Assembly (NCBI GenBank): GCA_964057225.1
Contig: OZ059900.1
Span: 558,001 to 622,000 of the forward strand
DNA from: Auanema rhodensis
Taxonomy: Eukaryota > Animalia > Nematoda
Direction of reading: 5' to 3'
Length of the DNA stretch: 64,000 bases
The notes beneath the pieces were generated by a model. The model did not search any database, was not told the DNA's origin, and saw only the letters and a program-made list of their open reading frames with translations. The position numbers were made by a program, and so were the translations under genes. Of this stretch, positions 1 through 11,700 are shown one piece after another. How positions within the stretch are numbered: the stretch's first letter is position 1; every line of letters starts with the position of its first letter.

Positions 1-1739
1 AATTTTGATCATATTCGTTAAGATTTGAGAATCAAACACACAATACCCAAAATCAGTCTATTTTTATGAGCTTGCACTGATATATATTCATTTTGATCAA
101 AAAAGGTCGAAAATAGAAAGAATTTTTGAAATTTCCGAGTTTTGAGCCCAATTGGGCTAAATCGCTCATATATATGATCAAAAGCATAGTTTTTTTGTCT
201 ATGATAACAAAAGTCTTTGAATATACACTAATAATGTTTAAACCACTGAATTTCACTCAAATAGCATTACTACACTAAGTATGGTCGTTTTTATGCCTCT
301 AACACCATATACTCACCGATTTTTGGTACAAAATCTGTGATACTCGTAAATTTTGATCATATTCGGTGAGATTCGAGAATCAAACACACAATACACGAAA
401 TAAGTTTATTTTTACGAGTTTGCACTGATATTTATTCATTTTGATCAAAAAAGGTCGAAAATAGAAAGAATTTTTGAAATTTCCGAGTTTTGAGTCTAAT
501 TTGGCTAAATCGCTCATATATATGATCAAAAGCATAGTTTTATTGTCTATGATAACAAAAGTCTTCAAATATACACTAATAATGTTTAAATCACTGAATT
601 TCACTCAAATAGCATTACTACACTAAGTATGGTCGTTTTTATGCCTTTAACACCATATACTCACCGATTTTTGGTACAAAATCTGTAATACTTGTAAATT
701 TTGATCATATTTGTTAAGATTTGAGAATCAAACACACAATACACAAAATCAGTATATTTTTATGAGTTTGCACTGATATATATTCATTTTGATCAAAAAA
801 GGTCGAAAATAGAAAGAATTTTGGAAATGTCCGAGTTTTGAGTCGAATTTGGCTAAATCGCTCATATATATGATCAAAAGCATAGTTTTATTGTCTATAA
901 CAACAAAAGTCATCAATTGAACGCTAGTGATGTTTTAATACTGAATTTCGCTCAAATAGCATTACTACACTAAGTATGGTCGTTTTTATGCCTTTAACAC
1001 CATATACTCACCGATTTTTGGTACAAAATCTGTAATACTCGTAAATTTTGATCATATTCGTTAAGATTTGAAAATCAAACACACAATAAACAAAATCAGT
1101 TTATTTTTATGAGTTTGCACTGATATATATTCATTTTGATCAAAAAAGGTCGAAAATAGAAAGAATTTTTGAATTTTCCGAGTTTTAAGTCCAATTGGGC
1201 TAAATCGCTCATATATATGATCAAAAGCATAGTTTTATTGTCTATGACAACAAAAGTCATTAATTAAACACTAATGATGTTTAAATCACTAAATTTCGCT
1301 CAAATAGCATTACTACACTAAGTATGGTCGTTTTTATGCCTTTAACACCATATACTCACCGATTTTTGGTACAAAATCTGTAATACTCGTAAATTTTGAT
1401 CATATTCGTTAAGATTTGAGAATCAAACACACAATACACAAAATCAGTCTATTTTTATGAGTTTGCACTGATATATATTCATTTTGATCAAAAAAGGTCG
1501 AAAATAGAAAGAATTTTGGAAATGTCCGAGTTTTGAGTCCAATTTGGCTAAATCGCTCATATATATGATCAAAAGCATAGTTTTATTGTCTATAACAACA
1601 AAAGTCATCAATTAAACGCTAGTGATGTTTTAATACTGAATTTCGCTTAAATAGCATTACTACACTAAGTATGGTCGTTTTTATGCCTTTAACACCATAT
1701 ACTCACCGATTTTTGGTACAAAATCTGTAATACTTGTAA

Positions 1740-4700
1740 ATTTTGATCATATTTGTTAAGATTTGAGAATCAAACACACAATACACAAAATCAGTATATT
1801 TTTATGAGTTTGCACTGATATATATTCATTTTGATCAAAAAAGGTCGAAAATAGAAAGAATTTTGGAAATGTCCGAGTTTTGAGTCGAATTTGGCTAAAT
1901 CGCTCATATATATGATCAAAAGCATAGTTTTATTGTCTATAACAACAAAAGTCATCAATTAAACGCTAGTGATGTTTAAATACTGATTTTCGCTCAAATA
2001 GCATTACTACACTAAGTATGGTCGTTTTTATGCCTTTAACACCATATACTCACCGATTTTTATTACAAAATCTGTAATACTCGTAAATTTTGATCATATT
2101 CGTTAAGATTTGAGAATCAAACACACAATACACGAAATCAGTCTATTTTTATGAGCTTGCACTGATATATATTCATTTTGATCAAAAAAGGTCGAAAATA
2201 GAAAGAATTTTTGAAATTTCCGAGTTTTGAGTCCAATTTGGCTAAATCGCTCATATATATGATCAAAAGCATAGTTTTATTGTCTATGACAACAAAAGTC
2301 ATTAATTAAACACTAATGATGTTTAAATCACTAAATTTCGCTCAAATAGCATTACTACACTAAGTATGGTCGTTTTTATGCCTTTAACACCATATACTCA
2401 CCGATTTTTGGTACAAAATCTGTAATACTCGTAAATTTTGATCATATTCGTTAAGATTTGAGAATCAAACACACAATACACAAAATCAGTCTATTTTTAT
2501 GAGCTTGCACTGATATAGATTCATTTTGATCAAAAAAGGTCGAAAATAGAAAGAATTTTTGAAATTTCCGAGTTTTGAGTCCAATTTGGCTGAATCGCTC
2601 ATATATATGATCAAAAGCATAGTTTTATTGTCTATAACAACAAAAGTCATCAATTAAACGCTAGTGATGTTTTAATACTGAATTTCGCTCAAATAGCATT
2701 ACTACACTAAGTATGGTCGTTTTTATGCCTTTAACACCATATACTCACCGATTTTTGGTACAAAATCTGTAATACTCGTAAATTTTGATCATATTCGTTA
2801 AGATTTGAAAATCAAACACACAATAAACAAAATCAGTTTATTTTTATGAGTTTGCACTGATATATATTCATTTTGATCAAAAAAGGTCGAAAATAGAAAG
2901 AATTTTTGAATTTTCCGAGTTTTGAGTCCAATTGGGCTAAATCGCTTATATATATGATCAAAAGCATAGTTTTATTGTCTATGACAACAAAAGTCATGAA
3001 TTAAACACTAATGATGTTTAAATCACTAAATTTCGCTCAAATAGCATTACTACACTAAGTATGGTCGTTTTTATGCCTTTAACACCATATACTCACCGAT
3101 TTTTGGTACAAAATCTGTAATACTCGTAAATTTTGATCATATTCGTTAAGATTTGAGAATCAAACACACAATACACAAAATCAGTCTATTTTTATGAGCT
3201 TGCACTGATATATATTCATTTTGATCAAAAAAGGTCGAAAATAGAAAGAATTTTTGAAATTTCCGAGTTTTGAGTCCAATTTGGCTAAATCGCTCATATA
3301 TATGATCAAAAGCATAGTTTTATTGTCTATAACAACAAAAGTCATTAATTAAACGCTAGTGATGTTTAAATACTGATTTTCGCTCAAATAGCATTACTAC
3401 ACTAAGTATGGTCGTTTTTATGCCTTTAACACCATATACTCACCGATTTTTGGTACAAAATCTGTAATACTTGTAAATTTTGATCATATTCGTTAAGATT
3501 CGAGAATCAAACACATAATACACGAAATAAGTCTATTTTTATGAGTTTGCACTGATATTTATTTATTTTGATCAAAAAAGGTCGAAAATAGAAAGAATTT
3601 TTGAATTTTCCGAGTTTTGAGTCCAATTGGGCTAAATCGCTCATATATATGATCAAAAGCATAGTTTTACTGTCTATAACAACAAAAGTCATCAATTAAA
3701 CGCTAGTGATAATTAAATACTGATTTTCGCTCAAATAGCATTACTACACTAAGTATGGTCGTTTTTATGCCTTTAACACCATATACTCACCGATTTTTGG
3801 TACAAAATCTGTAATACTTGTAAATTTTGATCATATTCGTTAAGATTCGAGAATCAAACACATAATACACGAAATAAGTCTATTTTTATGAGTTTGCACT
3901 GATATTTATTTATTTTGATCAAAAAAGGTCGAAAATAGAAAGAATTTTTGAATTTTCCGAGTTTTGAGTCCAATTGGGCTAAATCGCTCATATATATGAT
4001 CAAAAGCATAGTTTTACTGTCTATAACAACAAAAGTCATCAATTAAACGCTAGTGATATTTAAATACTGATTTTCGCTCAAGTAGCATTACTACACTAAG
4101 TATGGTCGTTTTTATGCCTTTAACACCATGTACTCACCGATTTTTGGTACAAAATCTGTAATACTTGTAAATTTTGATCATATTCGTTAAGATTTGAGAA
4201 TCAAACATACAATACACAAAATCAGTCTATTTTTATGAGCTTGCACTGATATATATTCATTTTGATCAAAAAAGGTCGAAAATAGAAAGAATTTTTGAAA
4301 TTTCCGAGTTTTGAGCCCAATTGGGCTAAATCGCTCATATATATGATCAAAAGCATAGTTTTTTTGTCTATGATAACAAAAGTCTTTGAATATACACTAA
4401 TAATGTTTAAATCACTGAATTTCATTCAAATAGCATTACTACACTAAGTATGGTCGTTTTTATGCCTCTAACACCATATACTCACCGATTTTTGGTACAA
4501 AATCTGTAATACTTGTAAATTTTGATCATATTCGTTAAGATTCGAGAATCAAACACATAATACACGAAATAAGTCTATTTTTATGAGTTTGCACTGATTA
4601 TTATTCATTTTGATCAAAAAAGGTCGAAAATAGAAAGAATTTTTGAAATTTCCGAGTTTTGAGTCCAATTGGGCTAAATCGCTCATATATATGATCAAAA

Positions 4701-7700
4701 ACATAGTTTTATTGTCTATAACAACAAAAGTCATCAATTAAACGCTAGTGATGTTTAAATACTGATTTTCGCTCAAATAGCATTACTACACTAAGTATGG
4801 TCGTTTTTATGCCTTTAACACCATATACTCACCGATTTTTGGTACAAAATCTGTGATACTCGTAAATTTTGATCATATTCGGTGAGATTCGAGAATCAAA
4901 CACACAATACACGAAATAAGTTTATTTTTACGAGTTTGCACTGATATTTATTCATTTTGATCAAAAAAGGTCGAAAATAGAAAGAATTTTTGAAATTTCC
5001 GAGTTTTGAGTCTAATTTGGCTAAATCGCTCATATATATGATCAAAAGCATAGTTTTATTGTCTATAACAACAAAAGTCATCAATTAAACGCTAGTGATG
5101 TTTAAATACTGAATTTCACTCAAATAGCATTACTACACTAAGTATGGTCGTTTTTATGCCTTTAACACCATATACTCACCGATTTTTGGTACAAAATCTG
5201 TAATACTTGTAAATTTTGATCATATTTGTTAAGATTCGAGAATCAAACACATAATACACGAAATAAGTCTATTTTTATGAGTTTGCACTGATATTTATTC
5301 ATTTTGATCAAAAAAGGTCGAAAATAGAAAGAATTTTTGAATTTTCCGAGTTTTGAGTCCAATTGGGCTAAATCGCTCATATATATGATCAAAAACATAG
5401 TTTTATTGTCTATAACAACAAAAGTCATCAATTAAACGCTAGTGATGTTTAAATACTGATTTTCGCTCAAATAGCATTACTACACTAAGTATGGTCGTTT
5501 TTATGCCTTTAACACCATATACTCACCGATTTTTGGTACAAAATCTGTAATACTTGTAAATTTTGATCATATTTGTTAAGATTTGAGAATCAATCACACA
5601 ATACACAAAATCAGTATATTTTTATGAGTTTGCACTGATATATATTCATTTTGATCAAAAAAGGTCGAAAATAGAAAGAATTTTGGAAATGTCCGAGTTT
5701 TGAGTCGAATTTGGCTAAATCGCTCATATATATGATCAAAAGCATAGTTTTATTGTCTATAACAACAAAAGTCATCAATTAAACGCTAGTGATGTTTAAA
5801 TACTGATTTTCGCTCAAATAGCATTACTACACTAAGTATGGTCGTTTTTATGCCTTTAACACCATATACTCACCGATTTTTATTACAAAATCTGTAATAC
5901 TCGTAAATTTTGATCATATTCGTTAAGATTTGAGAATCAAACACACAATACACGAAATCAGTCTATTTTTATGAGCTTGCACTGATATATATTCATTTTG
6001 ATCAAAAAAGGTCGAAAATAGAAAGAATTTTTGAAATTTCCGAGTTTTGAGTCCAATTTGGCTAAATCGCTCCTATATATGATCAAAAGCATAGTTTTAT
6101 TGTCTATGACAACAAAAGTCATTAATTAAACACTAATGATGTTTAAATCACTAAATTTCGCTCAAATAGCATTACTACACTAAGTATGGTCGTTTTTATG
6201 CCTTTAACACCATATACTCACCGATTTTTGGTACAAAATCTGTAATACTCGTAAATTTTGATCATATTCGTTAAGATTTGAGAATCAAACACACAATACA
6301 CAAAATCAGTCTATTTTTATGAGCTTGCACTGATATAGATTCATTTTGATCAAAAAAGGTCGAAAATAGAAAGAATTTTTGAAATTTCCGAGTTTTGAGT
6401 CCAATTTGGCTGAATCGCTCATATATATGATCAAAAGCATAGTTTTATTGTCTATAACAACAAAAGTCATCAATTAAACGCTAGTGATGTTTTAATACTG
6501 AATTTCGCTCAAATAGCATTACTACACTAAGTATGGTCGTTTTTATGCCTTTAACACCATATACTCACCGATTTTTGGTACAAAATCTGTAATACTCGTA
6601 AATTTTGATCATATTCGTTAAGATTTGAAAATCAAACACACAATAAACAAAATCAGTTTATTTTTATGAGTTTGCACTGATATATATTCATTTTGATCAA
6701 AAAAGGTCGAAAATAGAAAGAATTTTTGAATTTTCCGAGTTTTGAGTCCAATTGGGCTAAATCGCTTATATATATGATCAAAAGCATAGTTTTATTGTCT
6801 ATGACAACAAAAGTCATTAATTAAACACTAATGATGTTTAAATCACTAAATTTCGCTCAAATAGCATTACTACACTAAGTATGGTCGTTTTTATGCCTTT
6901 AACACCATATACTCACCGATTTTTGGTACAAAATCTGTAATACTCGTAAATTTTGATCATATTCGTTAAGATTTGAGAATCAAACACACAATACACAAAA
7001 TCAGTCTATTTTTATGAGCTTGCACTGATATATATTCATTTTGATCAAAAAAGGTCGAAAATAGAAAGAATTTTTGAAATTTCCGAGTTTTGAGTCCAAT
7101 TTGGCTAAATCGCTCATATATATGATCAAAAGCATAGTTTTATTGTCTATAACAACAAAAGTCATTAATTAAACGCTAGTGATGTTTAAATACTGATTTT
7201 CGCTCAAATAGCATTACTACACTAAGTATGGTCGTTTTTATGCCTTTAACACCATATACTCACCGATTTTTGGTACAAAATCTGTAATACTTGTAAATTT
7301 TGATCATATTCGTTAAGATTCGAGAATCAAACACATAATACACGAAATAAGTCTATTTTTATGAGTTTGCACTGATATTTATTTATTTTGATCAAAAAAG
7401 GTCGAAAATAGAAAGAATTTTTGAATTTTCCGAGTTTTGAGTCCAATTGGGCTAAATCGCTCATATATATGATCAAAAGCATAGTTTTACTGTCTATAGC
7501 AACAAAAGTCATCAATTAAACGCTAGTGATATTTAAATACTGATTTTCGCTCAAATAGCATTACTACACTAAGTATGGTCGTTTTTATGCCTTTAACACC
7601 ATATACTCACCGATTTTTGGTACAAAATCTGTAATACTTGTAAATTTTGATCATATTCGTTAAGATTCGAGAATCAAACACATAATACACGAAATAAGTC

Positions 7701-8735
7701 TATTTTTATGAGTTTGCACTGATATTTATTTATTTTGATCAAAAAAGGTCGAAAATAGAAAGAATTTTTGAATTTTCCGAGTTTTGAGTCCAATTGGGCT
7801 AAATCGCTCATATATATGATCAAAAGCATAGTTTTACTGTCTATAACAACAAAAGTCATCAATTAAACGCTAGTGATATTTAAATACTGATTTTCGCTCA
7901 AGTAGCATTACTACACTAAGTATGGTCGTTTTTATGCCTTTAACACCATGTACTCACCGATTTTTGGTACAAAATCTGTAATACTTGTAAATTTTGATCA
8001 TATTCGTTAAGATTTGAGAATCAAACATACAATACACAAAATCAGTCTATTTTTATGAGCTTGCACTGATATATATTCATTTTGATCAAAAAAGGTCGAA
8101 AATAGAAAGAATTTTTGAAATTTCCGAGTTTTGAGCCCAATTGGGCTAAATCGCTCATATATATGATCAAAAGCATAGTTTTTTTGTCTATGATAACAGA
8201 AGTCTTTGAATATACACTAATAATGTTTAAATCACTGAATTTCACTCAAATAGCATTACTACACTAAGTATGGTCGTTTTTATGCCTCTAACACCATATA
8301 CTCACCGATTTTTGGTACAAAATCTGTAATACTTGTAAATTTTGATCATATTCGTTAAGATTCGAGAATCAAACACATAATACACGAAATAAGTCTATTT
8401 TTATGAGTTTGCACTGATTAGTATTCATTTTGATCAAAAAAGGTCGAAAATAGAAAGAATTTTTGAAATTTCCGAGTTTTGAGTCCAATTGGGCTAAATC
8501 GCTCATATATATGATCAAAAACATAGTTTTATTGTCTATAACAACAAAAGTCATCAATTAAACGCTAGTGATGTTTAAATACTGATTTTCGCTCAAATAG
8601 CATTACTACACTAAGTATGGTCGTTTTTATGCCTTTAACACCATATACTCACCGATTTTTGGTAAAAAATCTGTGATACTCGTAAATTTTGATCATATTC
8701 GGTGAGATTCGAGAATCAAACACACAATACACGAA
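1740..8735. repeat. Higher-order duplication with 11-monomer (3820-bp) period
   Basis: Diagnostic variant TATTACAAAA at 2061 and 5881; ORF variants 3507/7327, 3854/7674, 4222/8042, 4549/8369 all offset by 3820. Confidence 0.85.
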
Positions 8736-11700
8736 ATCAGTCTATTTTTATGAGCTTGCACTGATATATATTCATTTTGATCAAAAAAGGTCGAAAATAG
8801 AAAGAATTTTTGAAATTTCCGAGTTTTGAGTCCAATTTGGCTAAATCGCTCCTATATATGATCAAAAGCATAGTTTTATTGTCTATAACAACAAAAGTCA
8901 TCAATTAAACGCTAGTGATGTTTAAATACTGATTTTCGCTCAAATAGCATTACTACACTAAGTATGGTCGTTTTTATGCCTTTAACACCATATACTCACC
9001 GATTTTTATTACAAAATCTGTAATACTCGTAAATTTTGATCATATTCGTTAAGATTTGAGAATCAAACACACAATACACGAAATCAGTCTATTTTTATGA
9101 GCTTGCACTGATATATATTCATTTTGATCAAAAAAGGTCGAAAATAGAAAGAATTTTTGAAATTTCCGAGTTTTGAGTCCAATTTGGCTAAATCGCTCCT
9201 ATATATGATCAAAAGCATAGTTTTATTGTCTATGACAACAAAAGTCATTAATTAAACACTAATGATGTTTAAATCACTAAATTTCGCTCAAATAGCATTA
9301 CTACACTAAGTATGGTCGTTTTTATGCCTTTAACACCATATACTCACCGATTTTTGGTACAAAATCTGTAATACTCGTAAATTTTGATCATATTCGTTAA
9401 GATTTGAGAATCAAACACACAATACACAAAATCAGTCTATTTTTATGAGCTTGCACTGATATAGATTCATTTTGATCAAAAAAGGTCGAAAATAGAAAGA
9501 ATTTTTGAAATTTCCGAGTTTTGAGTCCAATTTGGCTGAATCGCTCATATATATGATCAAAAGCATAGTTTTATTGTCTATAACAACAAAAGTCATCAAT
9601 TAAACGCTAGTGATGTTTTAATACTGAATTTCGCTCAAATAGCATTACTACACTAAGTATGGTCGTTTTTATGCCTTTAACACCATATACTCACCGATTT
9701 TTGGTACAAAATCTGTAATACTCGTAAATTTTGATCATATTCGTTAAGATTTGAAAATCAAACACACAATAAACAAAATCAGTTTATTTTTATGAGTTTG
9801 CACTGATATATATTCATTTTGATCAAAAAAGGTCGAAAATAGAAAGAATTTTTGAATTTTCCGAGTTTTGAGTCCAATTGGGCTAAATCGCTTATATATA
9901 TGATCAAAAGCATAGTTTTATTGTCTATGACAACAAAAGTCATTAATTAAACACTAATGATGTTTAAATCACTAAATTTCGCTCAAATAGCATTACTACA
10001 CTAAGTATGGTCGTTTTTATGCCTTTAACACCATATACTCACCGATTTTTGGTACAAAATCTGTAATACTCGTAAATTTTGATCATATTCGTTAAGATTT
10101 GAGAATCAAACACACAATACACAAAATCAGTCTATTTTTATGAGTTTGCACTGATTATTATTCATTTTGATCAAAAAAGGTCGAAAATAGAAAGAATTTT
10201 TGAATTTTCCGAGTTTTGAGTCCAATTGGGCTAAATCGCTTATATATATGATCAAAAGCATAGTTTTATTGTCTATGACAACAAAAGTCATCAATTAAAC
10301 GCTAGTGATGTTTAAATACTGATTTTCGCTCAAATAGCAATACTACACTAAGTATGGTCGTTTTTATGCCTTTAACACCATATACTCACCGATTTTTGGT
10401 ACAAAATCTGTGATACTCGTAAATTTTGATCATATTCGGTGAGATTCGAGAATCAAACACACAATACACGAAATAAGTTTGTTTTTACGAGTTTGCACTG
10501 ATATTTATTCATTTTGATCAAAAAAGGTCGAAAATAGAAAGAATTTTTGAAATTTCCGAGTTTTGAGTCTAATTTGGCTAAATCGCTCATATATATGATC
10601 AAAAGCATAGTTTTATTGTCTATGATAACAAAAGTCTTCAAATATACACTAATAATGTTTAAATCACTGAATTTCACTCAAATAGCATTACTACACTAAG
10701 TATGGTCGTTTTTATGCCTTTAACACCATATACTCACCGATTTTTGGTACAAAATCTGTAATACTTGTAAATTTTGATCATATTTGTTAAGATTCGAGAA
10801 TCAAACACATAATACACGAAATAAGTCTATTTTTATGAGTTTGCACTGATATTTATTCATTTTGATCAAAAAAGGTCGAAAATAGAAAGAATTTTTGAAT
10901 TTTCCGAGTTTTGAGTCCAATTGGGCTAAATCGCTCATATATATGATCAAAAACATAGTTTTATTGTCTATAACAACAAAAGTCATCAATTAAACGCTAG
11001 TGATGTTTAAATACTGATTTTCGCTCAAATAGCATTACTACACTAAGTATGGTCGTTTTTATGCCTTTAACACCATATACTCACCGATTTTTGGTACAAA
11101 ATCTGTAATACTCGTAAATTTTGATCATATTCGTTAAGATTTGAGAATCAAACACACAATACACAAAATCAGTCTATTTTTATGAGTTTGCACTGATATA
11201 TATTCATTTTGATCAAAAAAGGTCGAAAATAGAAAGAATTTTGGAAATGTCCGAGTTTTGAGTCCAATTTGGCTAAATCGCTCATATATATGATCAAAAG
11301 CATAGTTTTATTGTCTATAACAACAAAAGTCATCAATTAAACGCTAGTGATGTTTTAATACTGAATTTCGCTCAAATAGCATTACTACACTAAGTATGGT
11401 CGTTTTTATGCCTTTAACACCATATACTCACCGATTTTTGGTACAAAATCTGTAATACTTGTAAATTTTGATCATATTTGTTAAGATTTGAGAATCAATC
11501 ACACAATACACAAAATCAGTATATTTTTATGAGTTTGCACTGATATATATTCATTTTGATCAAAAAAGGTCGAAAATAGAAAGAATTTTGGAAATGTCCG
11601 AGTTTTGAGTCGAATTTGGCTAAATCGCTCATATATATGATCAAAAGCATAGTTTTATTGTCTATAACAACAAAAGTCATCAATTAAACGCTAGTGATGT

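Noticed and set aside
120-130. Sm-site-like AATTTTTGA suggesting an snRNA/SL RNA tandem array; also 5S or tRNA arrays
   Set aside because: No spliced-leader, snRNA, 5S or tRNA sequence is recognisable, and the motif is expected by chance in AT-rich DNA. An Rfam/Infernal scan would settle it.
6-353. A deeper ~87-bp subrepeat implied by TGATCA spacing (88, 81 bp)
   Set aside because: No fourth TGATCA near position 263 and no other colinear similarity at that period.
3488-3505. CENP-B box-like ATTCGTTAAGATTCGAGA
   Set aside because: Spacing is one base longer than TTCG-N4-A-N2-CGGG, CGGG is not matched, and the CpGs are polymorphic.
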